Shown piece after piece: positions 39,082-47,937 of a stretch of 64,000 nucleotides of DNA. Both the position numbers and the translations under genes were made by a program. The DNA lies in assembly GCA_903829945.1 (NCBI GenBank), contig CAIKRV010000011.1, positions 14,255-78,254 on the forward strand. The letters run 5' to 3'. Below the pieces are notes generated by a model that saw only the letters and a list, made by a program, of their open reading frames with translations, ran no database searches and was not told the DNA's origin. Source of the DNA: an uncultured bacterium. Lineage in GTDB: Bacteria > Bacteroidota > Bacteroidia > CAILMK01. Every line of letters starts with the position of its first letter. Position 1 is the stretch's first letter.

Positions 39082-39853
39082 AAACAAAGCTTCCTTGAAT
39101 TGGAAAAAAATCCTCATTAACCTTGGCATCATGCTAGGGGTTTTTATTGTTATCTTAATTATTATTAATCGTTCCTTAAATTCCTATACCCATCATGGAG
39201 AATCATTGACGGTACCGGATTTAAAAGGTAGGAGCATGAGTGAAGTTGAATTGCTGTGTGCAGATAAAAAAGTAAGATATTATATAAAAGATTCTTCGTT
39301 TTCTCAGGGAGCTGCTCCTAATACCGTAATTGATCAAGATCCTAAACCGGGACAACATGTTAAAGAAAACCGCAGGATATATTTAACCATCAATGCAAAG
39401 TCAGCTCCTACGGTTAGATTAAATAATGTTATTGATAAATCCATGCGCCAGGCAAAAGCCGAATTAGAAAATAGCGGTTTTATTATTAATGAAGACATAG
39501 AATACAAGCCTTGTGATGAATTAAATTTGATTCTTGATATTAAATACAAAGGCGTATCCGTAAAGCCGGGTACCTTATTGAAAAAAGGCAGTAAACTTAC
39601 TATGGTAGTTTGTGATGGCGGCGCCAAAGGCAAAGCAGAGGTGCCTGACTTAGTAGGAAAATCTTTTGATGAAGCCATCATCTTAATAAACGCGAATGAT
39701 TTGGTATTAGGTAGCATTACAACAGATTCCGGAAAGGTAGTTGCTAAAACCAGTTCCAAATCAATTATTTATAAGCAAGATCCAGAAGCTGATGCCAAAA
39801 ATATACCTAAAGGCGAGGCAGTGAATATTTGGGTAAAGCGTAAGAAAAAATAA
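39041..39853 (+). CDS. PASTA-domain membrane protein (single N-terminal TM helix, three PASTA repeats).
   Basis: The TM helix is LINLGIMLGVFIVILIII. The PASTA units are TVPDLKGRSMSEVELLCADKKV..., VRLNNVIDKSMRQAKAELENSGF... and VPDLVGKSFDEAIILINANDL.... The ORF overlaps the 3' end of the Ddl-like gene; alternative starts are 38999 and 39128. Confidence 0.6.
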   Translation: MESKKKTDGAQEAENKASLNWKKILINLGIMLGVFIVILIIINRSLNSYTHHGESLTVPDLKGRSMSEVELLCADKKVRYYIKDSSFSQGAAPNTVIDQDPKPGQHVKENRRIYLTINAKSAPTVRLNNVIDKSMRQAKAELENSGFIINEDIEYKPCDELNLILDIKYKGVSVKPGTLLKKGSKLTMVVCDGGAKGKAEVPDLVGKSFDEAIILINANDLVLGSITTDSGKVVAKTSSKSIIYKQDPEADAKNIPKGEAVNIWVKRKKK

Positions 39854-39888
39854 AAAAAGGAGGTAAACTTCAGTTCACCCCCCTTATA
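39852..39888. terminator. Imperfect bidirectional terminator between the convergent PASTA and DUF4139 genes.
   Basis: A7-ggaggtaaac-ttcag-ttcacccccc. The stem has one or two mismatches, with T-runs on both transcript orientations. Confidence 0.3.
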
Positions 39889-39902
39889 ATTTTTCAGACA
39901 AG

Positions 39903-41525
39903 CTATAGCCCCAAAATATTTTTATTGGTAGGATACTTCAAAGAGTATTCAATTTTAATTTTTCTAACCTCATTGGGTTGCAGATTAAATTTCCATTTCA
40001 ACTTTCCTGAATTAGCATCATAATCAGCTTTAGAAGTTTCTTTAACACTTACTTCAATATCTTTAGTTTGTGAAACCGGAACTTGATCTTCTACATCAAT
40101 GGAGGTGGATATATTTTTATTATTTTTAACCGTTATTTCATAGACAAAATTCTGGGTTTTAGTTTTTCCGAAAAACGCTTTTTTACTAAAGTCTTTCAAT
40201 AATTTTCGTTCAATATTTATTTTTTTATCACGTCCAAAGGATAAGTTTAAAGTGTCATTGGTTATAGAAGGATTGATAAATGATTTACCAACATAGGCAC
40301 CTTCAAAATATAAATTTGCATTGCCCGGAAGCAAATTATTATCTTCCCATCCGGTTACTTTGGCAAGGAGAAATGCGTCTAAATCTAACTTAGGAATGGC
40401 TGCATATTCAAAAGTAGCCGGCAAAGATATTTGCTGCATTCTAACTTGCTGAGGACTCCCATCCGGCAAAATGGTATATCTTAAATTAATATCAAAAGTA
40501 ACATTGAGTTGTCCATGTTTTACGGTGGTATAATCAGCACCTGTACTCATATTTTGCATGGCCTCAGGCATAGAAACATTACTTTTATAAGCTTCTATAC
40601 TAACGGATTTTTCTTCCTCCGCAACATGAGCGTCTTTTTTCATATAACCATAACTAATCGGAGGATTTTGAATTCGTAAATACCAAGGAAACAAATCCGG
40701 TTTATTGCCCCCTAAAGTAGGATTTCCGGTTGAAAGGCTCATCTTAATATCATTCCAAATTTCACCGGTTTGTTGGATGACTAAGGCATCATAATCCAAT
40801 TGAATAGGATTAGTGGTATTTTGTGCCCGAAGACTATAAATAGGTGTCCAACTTGCATTTCCTACATAATAAGCAAAATTAAAGTCAGCATTTCCATAAG
40901 CGGTTGTTTGTACTTTAACAACTATTTCACCGGATGGCTGTTTGGATGAGCCGCTGCTTTGGTTAAATTTATTCTGTAAATCGGCATATTGAGCTTTTAG
41001 TTCAGTAACTAACAATTTTAATTTAGTACCGGAGTTTTTAATATCTAATACCTTTTTGGAATACCGTTGCGCCCATTCTTCAATATCATCCACAAATTGT
41101 GTTTTATCATTAACACCCATTTTATAGTTGGCCTGTAGGAGTTGAACCGTTTGATCTAACACAAGTAATTCATTTTGAGTAATATCCAACTTATACTTAA
41201 CGGAATCCATAGAAAATTTCAATTTCTTAGTAGCCTCCGTTAATTGTTGAAGCTTATAATAATTGATTCTATAATTGACAGACAATATAGTAGCATTGCC
41301 TATGCCTTTCATTTCAATAGAATTTTCATCAAGGCTATTGGACAAATTTTCGAAAACAATTTCATTAACGCCAGGGTTAAGGGCTACCGTAGCGGTTCGC
41401 ACCACTCTTGCTCCTTGCAGATAAATGGTTACTTCCTTAATTTTGGAAGGCGCGATATGTTCCTCAGCATATAAACATATGGAAATGAGGCTAAACACTA
41501 AAATAGTTAAGAGATATCGTTTCAT
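39903..41525 (-). CDS. DUF4140/DUF4139 (MuiA-like) family secreted protein.
   Basis: After a signal peptide the N-terminus (VTIYLQGARVVRTATVALNPGVNEIVFENLSNSLDENSIEMKG) matches the DUF4140 N-domain. The length is 540 aa and the C-terminus is beta-rich. Confidence 0.55.
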   Translation of the reverse strand: MKRYLLTILVFSLISICLYAEEHIAPSKIKEVTIYLQGARVVRTATVALNPGVNEIVFENLSNSLDENSIEMKGIGNATILSVNYRINYYKLQQLTEATKKLKFSMDSVKYKLDITQNELLVLDQTVQLLQANYKMGVNDKTQFVDDIEEWAQRYSKKVLDIKNSGTKLKLLVTELKAQYADLQNKFNQSSGSSKQPSGEIVVKVQTTAYGNADFNFAYYVGNASWTPIYSLRAQNTTNPIQLDYDALVIQQTGEIWNDIKMSLSTGNPTLGGNKPDLFPWYLRIQNPPISYGYMKKDAHVAEEEKSVSIEAYKSNVSMPEAMQNMSTGADYTTVKHGQLNVTFDINLRYTILPDGSPQQVRMQQISLPATFEYAAIPKLDLDAFLLAKVTGWEDNNLLPGNANLYFEGAYVGKSFINPSITNDTLNLSFGRDKKINIERKLLKDFSKKAFFGKTKTQNFVYEITVKNNKNISTSIDVEDQVPVSQTKDIEVSVKETSKADYDANSGKLKWKFNLQPNEVRKIKIEYSLKYPTNKNILGL

Positions 41526-41742
41526 TTTATATTAATTTCAAACTAAATACCACCAAAGGCAAATAGGTAAATGAGGGGGGAAATTCCAAAATTGTGTTTC
41601 AAAATTAAAACAACTCAGGTGATTTCTGTAGTAGTCTTGTATTTAAATCTATTCTTACAAAATCCAATACAATATTTGAAACGTATTATACAGAAACAAA
41701 GTACAATTTGTAAGTTTGCAATTCATTAATTTTTAATTCTCA

Positions 41743-44565
41743 ATGAATAAAATAGTTTCATTCATTTTGGCCATTACTTTAAGTACGCTCTCTATGCAGG
41801 CACAACAAACCAAATTTATTGAAAAAGTCGAGAAAAAAGGCAAATCGGCTAAGGTTGTCATTCCATTTGAAAAGTATAAATTAGCTAATGGGCTTACCGT
41901 TTTAATCCATGAAGATCATTCTGACCCCATTGTACATGTGGATGTTACCTACCATGTAGGTTCCGCACGGGAGGAAATTGGGAAATCAGGTTTTGCACAT
42001 TTTTTTGAACATATGATGTTTCAAGGCTCTAAGAATGTTGGTGATGACGAGCACTTTAAAATCGTTTCCCAAGCAGGTGGCACCATGAATGGAACCACCA
42101 ATAAAGATAGAACCAATTATTTTGAAACAGTTCCAAGGAATTATTTAGAAACAGCGCTATGGTTGGAAGCTGACCGTATGGGCTTTTTATTAGATTCTGT
42201 AACTCAGGCTAAATTTGAAATACAAAGAGCTACTGTTAAAAATGAAAAAGGCCAGAGTTATGAAAACAGGCCATATGGCATGGTGCCGGAAATAACAGGA
42301 AAGAATTTTTATCCGTTTGCACACCCTTATTCTTGGCAAACCATTGGATATATTGAAGATTTAAACCGCGTTGGGGTTGATGATTTAAAGCGCTTTTTCT
42401 TGCGTTGGTACGGCCCGAATAATGCCGTACTTTCCATAGGAGGTGATGTAAATCCTAAGGAAGTATTGGCCATGGTAGAAAAATATTTTGCTCCCATACC
42501 AAGAGGACCTGAAGTTGAAAAAGCCAAGCCGGTGAACTTTACTATAGAAAAAGACCGTTATATTTCCTATGAGGATAATGTTCGCTTCCCAATGTTAATG
42601 ATGCAGTATCCTACCGTACCAGCAAATGATGCGGATGAACCTGCCTTAGATATTTTAGCAGAAATAATAGGTGGAGGGAAATCTTCCATTATGTATAAAA
42701 ATTTCGTAAAAAACAAAAAAGCAGTGGGTGCTTCTTGCAGCCACCCTTGTTATGAATTGGCCGGTGAATTTGTTTTTTCTGTACAAACTTATCCAACTAC
42801 AAAACTGGATGAAATGGAAAAATTAGTTCGCAGCTCTTTAGAAGAATTCATTACCAGAGGCATTACAGATGATGATATTTTAAAAGCCGTAAATTCTCAT
42901 GAAGCCAATATGATATTTGGTTTGGAAAGTGTGAGTGGTAAAGTAAGTCGCATTGCAGCTTATGAAACATTTACCGGAGATGCAAATTTTATCACCAAGG
43001 ATTTGGATCGTTATCATAAAGTAACTAAAGCGGATATTATCAGGGTATTTAATAAATATATCAAAGGCAAAAAAGGACTTGTGTTAAGTGTTTATCCAAA
43101 AGGGAAAAAGGACCTGATTGCTGCCACTGATAATTATACTCCAAGCGGTGATACCTCCAAGGCACCGCATGTTGATTATAGCAAACTTGCAATGCGCTCT
43201 GTAGGGGCTGAAAGTTTTGATAGAAGCAAACATCCGGTTCCCGGTCCTAGTCCTATTGTAACACCTCCCGGCAATTATACCTTTTCTATGAATAATGGAA
43301 TTAATGGTATAGGAATTAATAATACCGAAGTACCGGATGTATATATTCAACTAAACGTAAAGGCGGGTAAATGGAGACAGCCTAAAGGCAAAGAAGGCGT
43401 AGCTGTACTACTGGTACGCATGTTACAAGAAGCTACAATGAAGAGAAGTGCCGAGGCGGTAGTAGATGAAATTGATAAATTAGGTAGTCATTTTAATATT
43501 GGCCTGGATGAAGAAAACATTAGTGTTTCTGTAACCTCGCTAACTAAAAATTTAAATCCTACCATGGATATTGTTTCAGAGGTAATGACGATGCCAAAAT
43601 TTGATCCTATGGATTTTGACAGAGTTAAAAAGCAACACTTGGAACAATTAAAAAATCAAAAGACGCAACCAACATCAATCGCCAATGAAGCATTTAATCA
43701 ATTATTGTTTGGAAAGGGAACGGCACTTGCTATCCCGTTGGCAGGTACAGAAGAAACTGTTAATGCCATTACACTGCAAGATGTAACAGATTACTTCATT
43801 AAAAATTTTGCACCAAATATTACCAGTGTTATTATTAGTGGTGATGTAACTAAAGAAGAAGCAATGAAAGCATTAATCCCGCTTTCGGGTTGGAGCAAAA
43901 GAGAAGTTTCTGAAATTATCCAAGCCAATCCAAGCAGTCTTACTCAAACAAAAATTTATTTAATTGATAAAGAAAAAGCACCACAATCAGAAATACGTAT
44001 TGGCTATCCGGCATTGACGTATGATGCAGATGGAGATTATTTTAAAGCTACAGTAATGAACTTCATATTAGGAGGTACCTTTAGTAGCCGTGTAAATATG
44101 AATTTACGCGAAAACAAAGGTTATACCTATGGTGCTAGAAGCGGTTTTGCCGGCAATCATTTTATTGGAACCTTTGTAGCCTCCGCCGGAGTAAAGGCTG
44201 ATGCAACTGCTCCTTCAGTGTATGAATTCATGAAAGAAATTACTAACTATGCTGATCATGGAATTACAGAAGCAGAATTAGAGTTTACTAAACGCTCTCT
44301 TTTACAGAAAGAAGCTTTGCGTTATGAAACAAATGATCAAAAAGCCCGTTATATAGAAAGAATTTTGGATTATAAGTTACCAAATGATTTTGCAATCAAA
44401 CAAGCAGAAATTATAAAATCTCTGACTATTGCCGATATCAATACCTTGGCTAAAAAGTATCTGCCTTATACCAAAATGGCTATCGTAGTAGTAGGTGATG
44501 CAAAAACCAACAAAGAAGCATTATCAAAACTTGGGTATGAAGTGATTGATATGAAGATGGAATAA
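41743..44565 (+). CDS. M16 family (pitrilysin/insulinase-like) zinc peptidase with two M16 units, secreted.
   Basis: Signal peptide followed by the inverted zinc motif HFFEHMMFQGS...E. The 940-aa length indicates tandem active and inactive M16 halves. Confidence 0.8.
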   Translation: MNKIVSFILAITLSTLSMQAQQTKFIEKVEKKGKSAKVVIPFEKYKLANGLTVLIHEDHSDPIVHVDVTYHVGSAREEIGKSGFAHFFEHMMFQGSKNVGDDEHFKIVSQAGGTMNGTTNKDRTNYFETVPRNYLETALWLEADRMGFLLDSVTQAKFEIQRATVKNEKGQSYENRPYGMVPEITGKNFYPFAHPYSWQTIGYIEDLNRVGVDDLKRFFLRWYGPNNAVLSIGGDVNPKEVLAMVEKYFAPIPRGPEVEKAKPVNFTIEKDRYISYEDNVRFPMLMMQYPTVPANDADEPALDILAEIIGGGKSSIMYKNFVKNKKAVGASCSHPCYELAGEFVFSVQTYPTTKLDEMEKLVRSSLEEFITRGITDDDILKAVNSHEANMIFGLESVSGKVSRIAAYETFTGDANFITKDLDRYHKVTKADIIRVFNKYIKGKKGLVLSVYPKGKKDLIAATDNYTPSGDTSKAPHVDYSKLAMRSVGAESFDRSKHPVPGPSPIVTPPGNYTFSMNNGINGIGINNTEVPDVYIQLNVKAGKWRQPKGKEGVAVLLVRMLQEATMKRSAEAVVDEIDKLGSHFNIGLDEENISVSVTSLTKNLNPTMDIVSEVMTMPKFDPMDFDRVKKQHLEQLKNQKTQPTSIANEAFNQLLFGKGTALAIPLAGTEETVNAITLQDVTDYFIKNFAPNITSVIISGDVTKEEAMKALIPLSGWSKREVSEIIQANPSSLTQTKIYLIDKEKAPQSEIRIGYPALTYDADGDYFKATVMNFILGGTFSSRVNMNLRENKGYTYGARSGFAGNHFIGTFVASAGVKADATAPSVYEFMKEITNYADHGITEAELEFTKRSLLQKEALRYETNDQKARYIERILDYKLPNDFAIKQAEIIKSLTIADINTLAKKYLPYTKMAIVVVGDAKTNKEALSKLGYEVIDMKME

Positions 44566-44569
44566 TAGC

Positions 44570-45040
44570 ATGCAAAAGTATTTTATATTAACCGCACTCC
44601 TCTTTATTATTTCAGCTTTTAAAGCCGGAAATGATCGTCCGGTACATTGGCGATTTGATGCTAAAAAAACAGCACAAAACGAGTATGACCTTATTTTTAC
44701 TGCTAAAATAGATAAGAATTGGCATATATATTCTCAATTTTTAGAAAGTGACGAAGGACCGATTAAGACCAGTTTTAGCTTTAAAACTGATAACGCTTTC
44801 ACTTTAAAAGAAAAAGTAAAAGAAATCAGTAAGGCAATTACAGAAGAGGATAAAAGCTTCAATATGAAACTTACTTTTTTTGAAAATGAAGCCATATTTG
44901 TGCAGCATGTTATTATAAATGCGCCTTTAAAAACTATCAAAGGAACCTTGAACTATATGTGCTGCGATAATAATCATTGTTTAGCGCCCGAAGATGTAGA
45001 ATTTAATTTTAATGTTACCTATGAAACGAACAAGAAATAA
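44570..45040 (+). CDS. Stand-alone DsbD N-terminal (alpha) domain paralog, secreted.
   Basis: Signal peptide followed by PVHWRFDAKKTAQNEYDLIFTAKIDKNWHIYSQ and YMCCDNNHCLAPEDVEFNF. These align with the N-terminus of the downstream DsbD (PVKWQFASKQTAPNEFDLIFTATIGSEWHMYSQ ... FMVCRNGACLPPKDVDFNF). Confidence 0.55.
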   Translation: MQKYFILTALLFIISAFKAGNDRPVHWRFDAKKTAQNEYDLIFTAKIDKNWHIYSQFLESDEGPIKTSFSFKTDNAFTLKEKVKEISKAITEEDKSFNMKLTFFENEAIFVQHVIINAPLKTIKGTLNYMCCDNNHCLAPEDVEFNFNVTYETNKK

Positions 45041-47144
45041 GTTCATCATTTATAAATATTTTACCATTTTGCTGGTGTTGCTTTCGGTAGCTAATAGCAA
45101 AGCAGATGTATTAGACCCCGTAAAATGGCAGTTTGCCAGTAAACAAACTGCCCCTAATGAATTTGATTTAATATTTACTGCAACCATTGGGTCAGAATGG
45201 CATATGTATTCCCAGTTTTCTGATCAATCAAATGATGCGCCGGTTAATTTAAGTTTTACCTTTAAACCTGGTGCGTACACTACTGTTGGGAATGTAAAAG
45301 AAATAAGCAAAGTAATAGTAGAATTTGATAAAGTAGTAGGTCATGATTTAAAATTCTTTAAAGGCAAGGCTGAATTTATTCAACATGTAAAAATAAATGC
45401 CAAGCAAACGAATATTGCAGGAACTTTAAATTTCATGGTTTGCAGGAATGGAGCATGCCTTCCACCCAAAGATGTTGATTTTAATTTTGCACTAAACAAT
45501 AATTCTTCTACTAGTGCCGCTACAGCACCAATTGTTACCGCACCGGAAAATACCATGCCGGATAAATCCAATGTAGAGCAAGATAAAAATGATACCCTTT
45601 CCGCAGATAAAACAAGAAAAGTAAAAAGCGAAGAAAAAATTGACGCTCCTAAATTTAATACCGTTGCTGATGGGAATATTTCTAAACTCAGTTTATGGAA
45701 AATATTTTTTCTTGGGCTGGTCAGCGGATTCGTAGCATTACTTACCCCATGTGTTTTTCCAATGATTCCATTAACTGTAAGTTTCTTTACCAAGAAGAAA
45801 AAGAGTAAAACGGAAGGCATTCAAAAAGCAATACTTTTTGGGATTTCCATCATTGTTATTTATGTAGCTCTAGGTTTATTAATCACTTTAATTTTTGGAT
45901 CAAATACTTTAAATAGTATTTCCAGCAATGCCTGGGTTAATCTGGGATTCTTTGTTATTTTTCTAGTATTTGCAATTTCTTTTTTAGGTGCCTTCGAAAT
46001 AAACTTGCCATCATCCTGGACCAATAATTCAGATAAGATGTCAGAGCGAAGTGGATTTGTGGGAATTTTCTTTATGGCATTTACCTTAGCACTGGTTTCC
46101 TTTAGTTGTACCGGTCCTGTGGTTGGTCAATTATTAGTACTTACAGGTAATGGTGGAAGTTTTGCAGGTCCAATAGTAGGGATGACCGGATTTTCATTTG
46201 CCATGGCATTGCCATTTACCATATTTGCAGCATTCCCTACCCTAATGCATAATTTACCACGCTCCGGCGGATGGTTAAATTCAGTAAAGGTTACTTTAGG
46301 CTTTATAGAACTCGCTTTAGCCTTGAAATTTTTATCAGCTGCTGATTTAATTAATGATTGGGGTTTATTAAAACGTGAATACTTTCTGGCGCTTTGGATT
46401 GTTATATTCTTCCTTTTAGGTTTATATTTACTAGGTAAATTAATGTTTAGCCATGATACGGCTACTCATCATATTTCTGTGACACGTCTTTTATTAGCCA
46501 TAGTAGCATTTGCTTTTACAGCCTACATGATTCCGGGACTATGGGGCGCTCCGGTAAATATTCTAAGCGGCATTGCACCGCCTAATGAATATAATGAAGG
46601 GCCATGGATAAATAATTCATTAAATGCAGGCATAGCACAAAATAATACGGAGACTTCAAAAACTAAAACCAAAAAGTACGAGGCTTATTTTAAAAATAAA
46701 ACCCCACTGGGATTAGATGCTTATTATGATTATCAAGAAGCATTAGCGGAGGCCAGACGAGTGAAAAAACCTTTAATGATTGATTTTACCGGGATTGTTT
46801 GTACCAATTGCAGGAAAATGGAAAACACCATATGGGCCAATCCGGGGATATTAAAAAGATTGAAAGAAAATGTAGTTTTAGTTTCGCTTTTTATGGATGA
46901 TAAACACCAATTAGATTCCAATGAAGTGTATATATCTAAACGTTCTTCTCAAAAAATAACGACTATTGGAGATAAATGGAATGATTTTGCTGCTACCGTT
47001 TTTAATTCCAATTCAGAGCCATATTATATCCTCCTTGATCAGAATGAAAAGCTATTGGTAGAGCCTATGGGATATGATCCGGATCCTAGCAAATTTGCCA
47101 ATTTCCTTGATAATGGAAAAACAGAATATCAGCATAGACAATAA
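45012..47144 (+). CDS. dsbD: Thiol:disulfide interchange protein DsbD (alpha domain, CcdA-like TM core, C-terminal thioredoxin).
   Basis: The alpha-domain Cys pair is in FMVCRNGAC. The TM core carries LLTPCVFPMIPL and SFSCTGPVVG. The C-terminal thioredoxin has FTGIVCTNCRKME. The length is 710 aa and the real start may be the Met at 45021. Confidence 0.8.
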   Translation: MLPMKRTRNKFIIYKYFTILLVLLSVANSKADVLDPVKWQFASKQTAPNEFDLIFTATIGSEWHMYSQFSDQSNDAPVNLSFTFKPGAYTTVGNVKEISKVIVEFDKVVGHDLKFFKGKAEFIQHVKINAKQTNIAGTLNFMVCRNGACLPPKDVDFNFALNNNSSTSAATAPIVTAPENTMPDKSNVEQDKNDTLSADKTRKVKSEEKIDAPKFNTVADGNISKLSLWKIFFLGLVSGFVALLTPCVFPMIPLTVSFFTKKKKSKTEGIQKAILFGISIIVIYVALGLLITLIFGSNTLNSISSNAWVNLGFFVIFLVFAISFLGAFEINLPSSWTNNSDKMSERSGFVGIFFMAFTLALVSFSCTGPVVGQLLVLTGNGGSFAGPIVGMTGFSFAMALPFTIFAAFPTLMHNLPRSGGWLNSVKVTLGFIELALALKFLSAADLINDWGLLKREYFLALWIVIFFLLGLYLLGKLMFSHDTATHHISVTRLLLAIVAFAFTAYMIPGLWGAPVNILSGIAPPNEYNEGPWINNSLNAGIAQNNTETSKTKTKKYEAYFKNKTPLGLDAYYDYQEALAEARRVKKPLMIDFTGIVCTNCRKMENTIWANPGILKRLKENVVLVSLFMDDKHQLDSNEVYISKRSSQKITTIGDKWNDFAATVFNSNSEPYYILLDQNEKLLVEPMGYDPDPSKFANFLDNGKTEYQHRQ

Positions 47145-47162
47145 TCCAAAAAAAATAATACG

Positions 47163-47726
47163 ATGCTAAAGGAATATTTTCATGAATCCAAAAGCCTCCT
47201 GAATGAATTTATTTCGGAGGAGCAAAATTTTGTGAAGATTGAGAAGGCTGCCCGAATTATTTTCGAGTCCATCCAAAATGGTGGAAAGATAATTTCCTGC
47301 GGTAATGGCGGTTCGCATTGTGATGCCATGCATTTTGCAGAGGAATTGAGCGGTAGATTTAGGGGAGATAGAAAATCATTACCGGCCATTGCCATTTCGG
47401 ATCCATCTTTTATAAGTTGCGTATCCAATGATTACGGATATGATTTTGTCTTTTCGAGGTTTATTCAGGGATTAGGAAATCCCAATGATATATTATTAGC
47501 CATTAGCACTTCAGGTAATTCCACCAATGTTTTAAATGCCATATACGAAGCAAAGCAAAAAGGCATGAAAGTTATTGGACTAACCGGTAAAAATGGCGGC
47601 AAAATGGCCGAACAATGTGATGTGGAAATCCGTGCGCCTTATTCAGATTTTGCCGACCACGCTCAAGAAATTCATATTAAAATAATTCATGCTCTTATTT
47701 TATTAATTGAATCCTATTTGGAATAA
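47163..47726 (+). CDS. gmhA: SIS-domain phosphoheptose isomerase (D-sedoheptulose-7-phosphate isomerase, GmhA/DiaA family).
   Basis: [24 protein letters not shown] and [13 protein letters not shown] are the GmhA signatures. The length is 187 aa. Confidence 0.65.
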   Translation: MLKEYFHESKSLLNEFISEEQNFVKIEKAARIIFESIQNGGKIISCGNGGSHCDAMHFAEELSGRFRGDRKSLPAIAISDPSFISCVSNDYGYDFVFSRFIQGLGNPNDILLAISTSGNSTNVLNAIYEAKQKGMKVIGLTGKNGGKMAEQCDVEIRAPYSDFADHAQEIHIKIIHALILLIESYLE

Positions 47727-47882
47727 TTGCAAATTTTGCAAATTCCAATTACTTTTAATTAATTTTCGCAAATCTTCCCACTTAGCCACACTCGGGTATT
47801 GTTTTTTAATGAACTTATTAAAATCTCCAAGTGAATTTGGCAAAAAATCATTTGCTGATGATAGGTACAGAAAATAAATTTG

Positions 47883-47914
47883 AAATGTAATTACAGTTAA
47901 AAGTATTACATTTT
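47883..47914. promoter_or_regulatory. Inverted repeat, a candidate operator upstream of the acyl-CoA ligase gene.
   Basis: gaAATGTAATtac-agttaaaagt-ATTACATTtt lies 24 nt upstream of the ATG at 47938. A TTGCAAATT direct repeat pair also sits at 47727-47750. Confidence 0.3.
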
Positions 47915-47937
47915 GAAAACTTCATTAAATTTGATTT

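Noticed and set aside
41575-41580. G6 homopolymer in the DUF4139/M16 intergenic region and C6 at 39878-39883, as phase-variation switches.
   Set aside because: The tracts are too short to call slipped-strand switches with confidence. They are kept only as a low-interest note.
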